Positions 18,069-56,830 of a stretch of 64,000 nt of DNA are shown here, piece by piece. The notes under the pieces are model-generated. The model had not been told where the DNA came from, searched no databases, and saw nothing but the letters and a program-made list of their open reading frames with translations. Where the stretch lies: the NCBI RefSeq assembly GCF_048593235.1, contig NC_133621.1:228615238-228679237 (forward strand), read 5' to 3'. This DNA is from Sminthopsis crassicaudata. Lineage: Eukaryota. Every line of letters starts with the position of its first letter. Within the stretch, counting starts at the first letter, position 1. The translations under genes were made by a program, and so were the position numbers.

Positions 18069-18640
18069 CTTACATGATAACAAGCCAATAGGATGGTGTC
18101 AGCAGTGTCTCCAGGCTACAGCAGTATCATCCAGCCCACCTAACTGGAACTATCCATAGGATGTTGCTGCTACATTTCTGTATTTACCATGCAGAGATTT
18201 CTAGGGATTATGTTACAACTCTTAACAGACAGCTTCTCCATTCCCACCCAGAAAATAAGACCAGCAAAAAAGCTGTTCCCAAAAGAGGAGGCACCACTTC
18301 TTTTTCAATAGACTCTCTGGCTGCTTCTTTTCAGAAAGACTGAAGCATCCCAAACCCTGGAATCAATTGAAAGATTAAGCTGAATGACAAGGATTTGTTT
18401 GCTCTGCCTCCAATGATGCTTTTAATTCTTTCTTGTTTAGATCCAGCTCTTTTTACTCATGATGCAATGCAGAGAATGTCAAAGTAATTTCCTTCAATCT
18501 TATGTCTTTACATAGAGCCTCAATAATGCCACATAGGCAAAGAAGAATTCCTCTGACTCCACCTTTCCTTAGCATTTAAACTCTCTGTAGAAATTGCTAG
18601 AATATCTGAGTTTTTGTAAAATATTTTTTTCTGTGAGATA

Positions 18641-18950
18641 ACTATGGAGACTGAATGTGAATCAAAGCACAATATTTTTCACCTTTTTGTTGTTGTTTGC
18701 TTTTTCTTTGTGTTTTTTTCCTTTTTGATTTGATTTTTCTTGCACAGCATGATGAATATGGAATTATATGTAGAATAATTATTCTGTTTAACCTATATTG
18801 AATTGCTTGTTGTCTTGGGGAGGCGCTAAAGGGGAAGAGAGGGAGAAAAATTTGGAACACAAGATTTGGCAAAGATAGATGCTAAAAACTATCTTAATGT
18901 ATCTGGAAAAATAAAATACTACTAAAAATTTAAAAGGAAATAAAAATAAA
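18641..18950 (+). mobile_element. Marsupial L1 3' UTR, 5'-truncated
   Basis: actatggagactgaatgtg...aaatttggaacacaag...aaaataaaa with A-rich tail; similar to 22770-23097. Confidence 0.75.
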
Positions 18951-19357
18951 TGTTCTAAAATTTTGAAAAAAAGATTTTTTCTGTGTAGGTATATATGATG
19001 TGTACCTATGTACCTGTAATCTTTCTCTACAAAAAGACTGTAAACCACTTAGGAACAAGAACTGACTCCTAGTATTTTTGTATTCCTCGTTCTCCCCAAA
19101 CTGACTCAAAACTCTGACTATAACAAATATATATTAATATTCTTGAAAACTAATGTAAAAAATACTTGGCCTAGAGGATTATTCCCCTTCCCAGCATATT
19201 TGACTTTTAGAAAATGTTTGGCTAAAAAAGATAATGGCTCCATAACAAATTCAATTAATTCAACAAACAGCATTTGATAACTGTGTGCAAGATACTGTGT
19301 ATTGGGGGAAGAAAAAAAAGAAAAAATGGTACCTGTTTCGAAGGAGTTCACAATCTA

Positions 19358-19577
19358 TAATATATGTAAAGAATTTTGTAAACTTTGTAGTTCTGTTTAA
19401 ATGACAGCTATTATTAAATAGTCCAGAAGGAGATAAGACACAGGGGTTGTCAAAATTCATGAAATACTGTCTGAGAAAGTCTCAGACCTATACTTAGGTA
19501 TGGGAAGGAGAATGCCTCCTTCAATGATGATTTCTTCATACAGTGACACATACCCCAAACCCAGAGACAGCTAACTC
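19358..19577. repeat. About 220-bp duplicated segment, copy 2
   Basis: Shares atgtaaagaattttgtaaactttgtagttc ... cccagagacagctaactc with copy 1. Confidence 0.88.
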
Positions 19578-19891
19578 TCCCTAAATGGGAGGGTTATCAT
19601 ACTTGGTAACTTGGATACATACCAAAAACTTTTTCCTCCTGAGACTTGGTCTCCCTATCTCATCAGGGCTATAAACTCACTCAGTCACAATGCTATTCAA
19701 TGGGGAATATTTACCCACTCCAGTTCTGACCTGGCCTGGATTGCATCTCTCAAGACTGTCAGATGTCCATGTGCTTCGAAGGTCTCCCTATGTTTTATGG
19801 GATGATGCTCCTCCTAGTCTTCCATCCCTGAGAACTGCCATTCTAACAAATTGGTTATCTGAAAAACGCAAAAATCAAGAACCCAAGTAAA

Positions 19892-20120
19892 GTTGTTGTT
19901 ATTTAGTCCTTTCAATCATGTCCAGTTATTCATGACTCCATTTGGGATTGGAAAAAATACTGAAATAGTTTGCCATTTTCTTCTCTAGCTCATTTTAAAG
20001 TGGAGGAAACTGAGGCAAACAAAGTTATAAGACATATCCAGGGTCACATAAATAGTAAACATCTGAAACTGGTCTTCCTGATTCCAGACTCAAAACTCTA
20101 TCCACTGTGCTACCTTGCTA
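19892..20120 (-). mobile_element. Mar1/MIR-type CORE SINE
   Basis: CORE gaggaaactgaggc plus RTE-like tail tttgccattttcttctctag; gttgttgtt end. Confidence 0.7.
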
Positions 20121-20145
20121 CCCCAGTATAGGTGTTAGTTATCAC

Positions 20146-20383
20146 TGCTATTTAGTTGTTTCAGACCTGTCCAGATTTTTTTTTTTTTTGTGACAAAGAT
20201 AGTAGAGTGGTTTGCCATTTCCTCTTCCAGCCCATTTTACAAATGAGCAACTGAGGACACAGGATTAAGTGACTTGCCCAGGAAAACATAGCTAGTAAGT
20301 GTCTGAGATCAAATTTTAATTCAGAAAGATGAGTCTTTCTGATTCCAGGCCCAGTACTTCATCCATTGCATCACCTAGCTGCT
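20146..20383 (-). mobile_element. Mar1/MIR-type CORE SINE (adjacent second copy)
   Basis: gagtggtttgccatttcctcttccagc..aagtgacttgcccagg..ttcagaaagatgagtctttctgattccagg. Confidence 0.7.
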
Positions 20384-22166
20384 CTTGCTAATAAAGTAGT
20401 CAGTTCTTTTTTAATCTAAATCTCAACTCTATTCTGCCAGATTCGGTGTAAACATCAGTTAATTATAGGCAAATAGTAGCTCAGAACTCTATAATTAAAA
20501 CCATTGATCAACCTCAGCTTCCTCCAGTAGCAGGGATTACAGGTAGAATGCCATACCCAGACAGTAACTTTTACAAACTCTTGAAAACTACACCTTAATT
20601 TAATCAGTTCACTTTGTAATCCTATGCATTTTATTTTATTCATTTAAAAACATTGATTTGAGAAAAGTCACCAGTTTGCCCAAGGGGTCTAAGACACAGA
20701 AAAAGGTTAAGAACCTCTGGTATAGAAGAGTGTAACATGACTGACCAAAAGTTGATAAATACAAGATAATCTGAGCAAAGAGAAGCTATCTTTGGTTGGA
20801 ATGGTCCTGCTTTTTCAATGTAGAACCGATTTACTTGGCTCTTAGTTGTATAGGTGGAAACTAGGAAATTATCCCACAACTGTCACTAGCCTTTACCATC
20901 TATGCATTTCCCATTTTTCCTTTTTTTCACAGGGAGTTAAGCAAAATTTATAAGTTTTCTGGAAGCTAGAACTTCTCTCAGAGAGTAGGGGAGCTTATAA
21001 AAGCTTATGAGCCTGGAAGAAAGTCTCTTTTCAATGCACATTATCTTCAGTTCAGTGTTTCCACTCACCTAGATCATAAAATCATGGTTACTATTTCAGA
21101 ATACCTACCACTTCCCCCACCCACTCAACCCTCTAGGAGGGCAGCCCTGTTGAATTCTTATCTTCTTTTGCCTTCTTTCCCAAGCTACATGGTGGCCTGA
21201 TAGAGCTCTCCAAACTACTTAGAATATTTAGAATCCTTCGAGTGGGAGGAGATGAGAAGAGAATATGACTCTCTTAATGTGGTACCCCCAAGGCATATAA
21301 AATATTCCTCCGACTTCACATCCATTCAATAAAATCAGTTTGTGGAGATAACTAGTTCCAGTTACATCTCTTTAATAGACTAGATAGTAATGAGATATAG
21401 AAGAAAAGAATGAGTTTTGACTCTCAAGAAGATTATGATTGTCAGAATTTGGAGCTTGTCTTGTTATGTAGTCAACAATTTAGATCAGTGATTCTTAGCC
21501 TGGGGTTTACAGATAGATATCCAAGGAATTTGTGGGTAGATTTTAGAGCACACATGAAGTTAGATGGGAAATATATTTTGAAAAGTATAATTTCATACAA
21601 GGAAAAAAAGAAACAGGTATTTCTTGAGTGTCTACTATATGCCAGACACTGACCTAATTTTTAAAGAAATATTATCCCATTTGATCCTCACAGCAATTCT
21701 GTGGAGTATGTGTTACTATATAACTGATTTTTTTTGTAATCATTTATATTTATACAGTCCTTTAAGGTTTGCAAAGTTCTTTATATCTAAGTATCTCAGT
21801 GGTACAGCACTGGACCTACAGTAAAAAGGACTTAAGTCCAAATACAGCTTCAAATATTTACTAATTATGCGACTCTAGATATATGTATGTGTATCAAAGG
21901 AAATGTCTGTAGAATGTGAACTTTTTAGTGCTCTATAGATGCTAGCCTGCTATTATTATTGTTGTCATTACTACTATCTCATTTTATTTAAACATATTAT
22001 TCTTAAAAGGATTTATAGGCTGCATCAGACTGATAGAAGAGTCACTAACCCCCCAGAAGATTAAGAACTTTTGACCTAGATTGAATTCTTCCCTCTCCCA
22101 GCTCCAGAACCCTATCCAAGGTGCTGACTTTCCAGAAGAAAAAGGAAAGTCTTGTCCTATGAAGAT

Positions 22167-22310
22167 NNNNNNNNNNNNNNNNNNNNNNNNNNNNNNNNNN
22201 NNNNNNNNNNNNNNNNNNNNNNNNNNNNNNNNNNNNNNNNNNNNNNNNNNNNNNNNNNNNNNNNNNNNNNNNNNNNNNNNNNNNNNNNNNNNNNNNNNNN
22301 NNNNNNNNNN
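22167..22310. other. Assembly gap (144 N)
   Basis: Run of N. Confidence 1.
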
Positions 22311-22368
22311 TTTGAGAGAGAGGGAGAAAAAATTGGAACTTAAAATCTTATAGAGAAATGAATGTTAT

Positions 22369-23097
22369 ACTCTTTGATCCAGGAGTATCTCTAGTAGGTC
22401 TGTTTCCCAAAGGGATCATAAAAAGGGGAAAAGGTCCTACACATGCAAAAATATTTGTAGAAGCTCTTTTTGTATCAGTAAGGAACTGGAAACTGAGTGA
22501 ATGCCTATCAGTGGAGTAATAGCTGAATAAGTTATAACTTATGAATATAATGGAAAATTATTGTTCTATAAGCAATAATCAGCAAGATAATTTCAGAAAA
22601 TCCATAGACTTACATGAACTGATGCTAAGTGAAGTGAATAGAATCAAGAGAATATTGTACACGGCAACAACAAGATTATATGATGATCAATTCTGATGGA
22701 CTTGACTCTTTTTGACAATGAGGTAATTCGGGACAATTCCAATAGACTTGGGACATCTGCATCCTGAGCAAGGACTAAATGTGGATCACAACATAGCATT
22801 TTTACCTTTTTTGTTGTTGTTGTTTGATTACTTGATTGTTTTTTTTCTCATTTTTTTCTCCTTTTGGATCTGATTTTTCTTGTGCAACATGATAATTGGA
22901 GAAATATGTTTAGAAGAATTGCACATGTTTAATCTATATTGGATTACTTGCTCTCTGAGGGGATAAGGGAGGAAGGGAAAAAATTTGGAACATAAGGTTT
23001 TGCAAGGGTGAATGTTAAAAAACTATTTTTGCATATATTTTGAAAAATAAAAAGCTATTATTGAAAAAAGAAAAGTAAAATAAAAAAGGAAAAAAAA
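22369..23097 (+). mobile_element. Marsupial L1, ORF2 end plus 3' UTR
   Basis: ctttgatccag..tgatgctaagtgaagtgaatagaatcaagagaa..aaatttggaacataaggttttgcaagggtgaatg..poly-A. Confidence 0.8.
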
Positions 23098-25620
23098 TGA
23101 AGTTGTCTTTATGTGCAATTAAAAATTAAACGCCATTAAAAATGAGGATAGGTAAAAACTTGTCTATTTCCATTAGAGAGTGAAATAAGATTGAAATGGG
23201 CAAATGCCACTCTTGGTGGAAAAATCTTTCCATATTACTAAAAGGAGGCAGAGATCTCACCCCACCTTGAAGGTGACACTTGAGGAAAACCCAAGACACA
23301 ATGCTTGGGAACAGGGCTCTTAGGACAAGGTCCAGGAAAGAAGCAGGATAACCCAGAAAGAGGCCCAATCCCAGCCAGATTCCCACAAGGGAAGAATCAG
23401 TTGGGAGAATACTGTAGCTGCCTCCCATTTGATAGGCATGCCAGATAAGATGAGATAATTAAGCTGAGCTACTCTCTACTTTTAACCCTCTACCTGTCTT
23501 TGTTCCATGGAAATCTCTTCATGTAGCTAGTCAGCACCTCTCAGGAAACAAATGTTCCTTCTTCTGGGAGAAAGATTAACCCTGATAATGAGGCCTATAG
23601 AAAACAAAGACAATTATTATTTCCACTCAGGCAACACACACCGCCCCCTTTATAGTGGCTTGGTGAGACTCAGATGCATTAACAACAAGATGAGAGATGC
23701 TCTGTGGTTCTTTATGGCCTGTATCAACAGATGCTATGATTCATAGGTTCCCTGTGGCAGGAGAGGGTTTCACAAAGCAGTGTGAAGGAGAAAACCCCCC
23801 TTGGTCTCATCCCTGAAGAGAACACCATCCATAAGGATGTCTCATTACTCTACTGATTGATGGAGAATCCTACCAGATCATCTTTTGCCAACACCCTTCT
23901 TCTAGACCATATTTCCTAAGGAGAGGGTACCAAAAGGTCAGCAAAAGAAAAGGCCCGTTCCCTCTGCCCTATGGCAGGTTCCTGGGGAAATAAGAATAAG
24001 GCCTTTTACTCTCAGGAAGCTTCCACTTTAATTAGTGGAGTAGAAAGGGGAAAAATGAACCTTAAGGTATAGGATACAGAATTTTGGAAGAGACAAGGTT
24101 AGAATGAGGAGCAACCTGGCCTTAAATCTCTACTATGTTCCAGAAATTGTGTTAAACTGCAGTAATCTTGTTTTACTATTTATTCTGTGACTTTTCTTTA
24201 TCTGTTATATAAGTGGGTTAGACTAGATGATTTCTAAGGTCCCTGCCTGTGCTAAATGTAGGGAACTTAGATAAGGAAATAATAAGGGAGGCCTCCAGGA
24301 TGGTAAAGAGAAAAGAATGGCATTTAACAGAGAATGCTTCTTGACACAATTAAATTTTAATTGATATCCAAGAAACTGAATTTAATACTGCCTGAAATTT
24401 TATTCAGTGAGTAATCTAGAACAAGTCATTTAGTTTTCCTTCACCTCAGTTTCCTCCTCTGTGTAATGTGCCTCTGCACTGGTTATCTACCATACCTGGC
24501 AGGCACTGACTCTCTACCTCCACGTTATAGAGTCTTCCCTTAAGACACACTCAGATACCATATTCTTGTATAAAGCCTTTCCTGATTCCCACTCCCTACC
24601 CCCAACAGTGTATATCTTTTCTTCCAAAGTGACTTGTATCTAACTACTTTGTATATATGTATATGTATATACACATGTCTATTTGTTAATTTTATATTAA
24701 TGTGAAATATATTTATATATATATATATATATTTATTTTCTCCCTCATTTAAGCTCAATGCATATAGGGATTATCTCATTTTTTTGTCTTTGTTCTACTG
24801 CAATTTAACACAGTTTCTGGCACATAGTAGGTGCTTAATAAATGCTTATTAATAATTAGTTGAAGACCAGGTTGGATTTGATGGCCTTTGAAGTCCCTTG
24901 TAGCTCTTAATGGTACTATGATTTATAGGAAAAGAAGACTAGGAAAGATTAGTAGTGTGTATTTGATTATTTCTCTCTCCTTCTTAAGTCTTCCTTAAAG
25001 AGATTATTAGCTTCTTGGAGATAGAGACCACATCTAAGACTTCTTTGGTATTCTTCAGAGCCCTGATCAATGTATGGGGTTGAGAAAATAGCATTCAGGA
25101 GATACATTGCTGAAGGCTTGTTTGGAAAGAGAAAACTTGGTTTTTATTCTTGAAGTCCATTCATTCTAAGCTACAGTAATGAGATCATTATATTCACACA
25201 TAGAAACACATATAAATACATGTAAAACTTTGTGTTTTACAAAATACTTTATATACTTTATCACACTTTATCTTCATAATGACATTGAGACTGCTGGTAC
25301 ATATATTAGCATTTCCATTTTAAGAAAAACAGGTTCAGAAGAAGGAAATGAATTGCACAAAGTCATATATGTAATCAGTGGAAGAATAAACATACAACTT
25401 CACATCTTCTGATTCCCAATCCAGTATTTGAAAGGTGTTCGTGTGCATGCATTTGCATATACGTGCATCCTATACTCTTTCAAAACTATCTAAAAGAGGA
25501 ATAGATGCAAATATTGCAGACAAAGTAAGCTAAATATTGGGAGTTTGCTATATTAAAGCATCAGAAGAGATCAGCAGTTTCCTATGGAAACTAAGTGTAG
25601 ATTATAGTTTGCAAGGAAGG

Positions 25621-25622
<2 letters not shown>

Positions 25623-25680
<58 letters not shown>
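25623..25680. repeat. (AT)29 microsatellite upstream of KRT75
   Basis: Perfect run. Confidence 0.95.
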
Positions 25681-25682
<2 letters not shown>

Positions 25683-25948
25683 TAATATAGAATAAATTGA
25701 AGCAAAGGGTTGAGGTGGATGGGAAAGTAGATGACCTCCTCCTTCCCAGATCAGAGGAACTGGACAGGAAAAGTCAGAAGAATCTTCAGAAATGGGGAGC
25801 AGAGCAAACAGGAAATAACCAATAATAATGGCTTGTATTGACATAGTTTGTTTGAACAGAAGGGAGTCAGTCTCAGACCTAAGAAAGCAGCTCAGCAATA
25901 AGGCATCTTAGTTGTGCTAACAGTTGTATTTGTTGTCTTCATTATAGA

Positions 25949-25969
25949 GTGCATGACTGGGACATGACT
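25949..25969. promoter_or_regulatory. p63/p53-like site upstream of KRT75
   Basis: GTGCATGACT-g-GGACATGACT, two imperfect RRRCWWGYYY half-sites. Confidence 0.3.
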
Positions 25970-26178
25970 GAAAGCAATTAGCATGCCTCTTATTTGTCTG
26001 CAGATCATGTTGAGACTGGAAGTCAGTTTCCACATGAGGGCAGATCGCCAAGACACCAGTGTTTTTTGCACCATTTCTAACCAGGAGTTGAGTGTGAGCT
26101 CAATGTTGGCAAATGCCAAGAAGATGCCATCAGCAAGCTCTCCTTCATTTAGTAATACCCCGCCTCCTACTGCTCATC

Positions 26179-26186
26179 CATAAAAA
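26179..26186 (+). promoter_or_regulatory. Variant TATA box of KRT75 (CATAAAAA)
   Basis: About 100 nt upstream of the ATG; no canonical TATAAA nearby. Confidence 0.55.
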
Positions 26187-26278
26187 CCAAGAGGACCTCC
26201 AGCTTCTCAACCATAGTGTCTCCTCTCTTTCTGCTTTCACACTCAGCATTTCTTCTGGCCATCCTATTTCATCCCACC

Positions 26279-36430
<10,152 letters not shown>

Positions 36431-37061
36431 ATGTTCTCCTCAATGTCTCTCCCAATTTTACTTCATTCTGGATCTGGACCTAGCCTTTTTATTACTGTCC
36501 ACATTCAGGGGTCATCTCTCTACTCCCAAATGCCTAGGTCTTTTGGGTATTCTTATCTCTCCCTTTGGTGGTCAGCTAAGCCATCCATCTATCCATTTTG
36601 ATGTATTTTTGGTGTTGCTGAGGAGCTGGGAGTCACAATCACACCTAGGCCTCCTACCCCTAGTCCAGCCTTTGCTTCTCAGATAAGTCTAATTGTACTC
36701 ATAGATGCTTAGTTCTGCTGTCCAAGATACAGTGCCAAAACTTCTCTCGTTCAAGGTAATTCAGTTCTACAAGCCTTTGATATGTGTAAGAAAGAGCGCT
36801 GATTCCTGGGATGTCCAAGTTCTAATTCAGTTTCAGAAGATTCTCTTAAGTCTTCTCTACATGTAAGAAGTTAAGGGGAATTTGAGTTCCGATACCATTT
36901 CTTCAATGTCATTTCCACAAGTGTTTTCAGATGACTTCCTCTTCTAGGAAGTCTGTCTTGCTGATTCCACAAATGTCATTTTGTTTGTTGCTCCATCCTG
37001 TGGTATATGAGCTGCTCTCTGAGGGTATCTCGTCCTTCCTTTAACTTCTAGGAAACTGTCT

Positions 37062-37067
37062 ATTAAA
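37062..37067 (+). terminator. Probable poly(A) signal of KRT75 (ATTAAA)
   Basis: First hexamer found after the stop; next AATAAA is at 37992. Confidence 0.45.
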
Positions 37068-37866
37068 ATGCATGTATAACATCTAAATAGAGGCTCGTGG
37101 ATTCTTTTTGGATGGCAAAAGGGATCGCTAAGGGAAACTATGGTGGGCCCAACTGTTCATTCTAAGGTGCAAAAACTGGCTAGATAAGCGGTATCCTACA
37201 TGTTCTTCTAGAACAGAGGAGGAGGAGAGAGATGTGGATGGACAGAGAAGTAGGAAGTTATTTCAGAGAAAAGGAATGATTAGTATAAATGATATAGCAA
37301 GTCTTCTCTCTTATTCACATATTCCTTATCCCACCCTTTCTATCTTCCTGATTCCCCATATCTCACTGAAGATGGCATTGTCCTAGACCAGAAACAACTC
37401 CTATCTCACAAAGCATTCCAAGCTAAGGGCAGGATTCTATTCCCCTCCCAAATAGAAAATATGTTCCATAACAGCTGATGTGAGGTGGCCCAGCCCTCTG
37501 CTTTAGAGCAACAGCAAAGGGACAGATTGTTCCAAGACAGCTTCCAACATGTCAACAGGAGTGGAGAAATAATAGACCAGAGAGAAGAGTTAAAAGCCAA
37601 CCCCAGGGGCAAAGTTTTTGCAAAAGAGTTTAGGTCCTTAATTGTTAGATATATCCGGGAATCCAGCAAATTCCTGATTTTACAAGCTTCCCAGACCCTT
37701 TCATTAGGGCTTGGTCATGGGTGTGGTTAAAATGGAATAACTTCCAGGATAGTGGTTGTAGTGATGGACAGAGGGCTGGAGTCAAAATCATCAGGGGTCT
37801 CTAATCTTGAGGAGCCGCAGGAATGAGAATTGCTATGAGGAAAATATTAAATGACCAAGGACAAAA

Positions 37867-37871
<5 letters not shown>

Positions 37872-37912
<41 letters not shown>
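37872..37912. repeat. (TG)n microsatellite upstream of KRT90-like
   Basis: About 20 units. Confidence 0.95.
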
Positions 37913-37913
<1 letters not shown>

Positions 37914-38019
37914 GTTGGAAATGAGGTGAGATATAATTCATACAGCCCTAAGGAAAATGTTCAAATATTCTTTCAATCCCCATGGGTAACAAATAAAGGA
38001 GTAAGAACAAAAAGATAGA

Positions 38020-38313
38020 ACATCAAGAAAAAAATCAAAAATGAATACTATAAAATGGAAATGGCTAACCTTGGCTCTAAATAAGGGATGCAAGAATGCA
38101 CATCCCTCCTTTCTTTGTAGAGGTGGATAATTATGGATGTAGAACACTGCAAGTGATGTCAGATTTGGTGACTTTGTTGGTCAGTTTTATTGGACTATTT
38201 TTCTTTGTTTTTGCATTAGTGTAATAAGGGATGGCTCTCTAGAGGGGACAGGGAAGAGATATTGTTGAAAAACGAATGTTAAAAAAAAGGTAACAATAAA
38301 AAAAATTTTAAAA
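38020..38313 (+). mobile_element. Old L1-type 3' UTR fragment just upstream of the KRT90-like promoter
   Basis: ...ctttgtagaggtgg..atggatgtagaacactgca..gggatggctctct.. ending in AATAAA and A-rich tail. Confidence 0.55.
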
Positions 38314-38605
38314 GAATGAGTGATGTGAGAGATAAACATCCAAAATGGGAAGAATCTGTTTGCATCATGAAGATGAAGAATTACAGTTACAAGAACAAGG
38401 AATAGGGGAGAAATTTACTGGACATGGATGATGTTGAGTGTCAGAAATCCCCAGGTCTGGTCCTGCCTCTAGTAGGTGTGTGCATGATTCCTTCAGTGAT
38501 TATTAGTGGGACATGAAAAATGGACTGAAGCCAGAAATGCCAAGGAGATGAATTCAATGCAGTGGTCTGTGATTTCCTCTGGCCAAGCCCAGTTTTCAAA
38601 GAGAA

Positions 38606-38611
38606 TATAAA
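38606..38611 (+). promoter_or_regulatory. TATA box of KRT90-like
   Basis: TATAAA about 95 nt upstream of the ATG. Confidence 0.7.
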
Positions 38612-38701
38612 CCTAGAATTCTAAAGGGCAAGATTGAGAAGGATCTCTGTTCCTTTCTTTGACGGTCCCAATTCTCTAATCTTTCTGCACCCACTTCCCT
38701 G

Positions 38702-56170
<17,469 letters not shown>

Positions 56171-56738
56171 AACTTCTCTACTTGACTGCCCACCCTTCCC
56201 CAACCCAGCTTCCCTACCCTAAGGCCTGATACTCTGATAAAAATCCAGAAAGCAATTTCATTTGTACAGTCAGACATAGTAACAAAGGGTGCATAGGTCT
56301 TCCAGGACCATCTTGTCCATCCTTCAGCTTCCAAGCAGGTCCTCACTAAGCCATTCCTTAGTTGAAGAGTGGTGCTTGTTCACAAAGTCCTCCAGGGTAT
56401 GTAAGTGCCTTTCCTAGGGCTTACTACTCTTATTGGCTAATTCTTTCGATCTACATCAAAGCTGTCATGTTGCATTTCCTTAAATCATTTCTCTTTCTTT
56501 CCTGGTTTCTCCATTTCTGGGTCTCAGCAAGAATTGATATCTCGGGAGTAGGGCTTTTAATATATTTTATTTTCACTAGAAAGTCAAAAAATTCCAGCAG
56601 ATTCTCTCAGAGCAGAGGAAAAACAGAAGGAAAAAATAGATGGTAGGGTGTCTTAGCAACAAATTTATCACTAAACATTGCCTTCCTTTGCCCCAAGTCC
56701 ATCACCATCAATGACCATTGGCCCAACACAATCTCCAT

Positions 56739-56744
56739 AATAAA
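56739..56744 (+). terminator. Poly(A) signal of KRT90-like
   Basis: AATAAA about 570 nt after the stop. Confidence 0.6.
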
Positions 56745-56791
56745 CTTCAGCTCCTCAGGTTCCTCTATTTCACCAGCTTTTTTACCTATTG

Positions 56792-56830
56792 GGAGGGAAA
56801 AAATTAACAACTAGGAGACACTTAAAGGCA
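56792..56830 (+). repeat. 39-bp direct repeat, copy 2
   Basis: ggagggaaaaaattaacaactaggagacacttaaaggca, 38/39 identical to copy 1. Confidence 0.95.

Noticed and set aside
22081-22353. ORFs spanning the N run, and TH/VC/YI-repeat ORFs at microsatellites
   Set aside because: Artefacts of the gap and simple repeats
11600-26100. Keratin pseudogene remnants between KRT6 and KRT75
   Set aside because: No rod-domain exon motifs recognised by eye on either strand; TBLASTN would be needed to exclude very decayed copies
26216-26278. In-frame N-terminal extensions from GTG 26216 (KRT75) and TTG 61122 (KRT82) in the ORF track
   Set aside because: They lie only a few bases after the predicted start sites; the downstream ATGs have good Kozak context and match known N-termini
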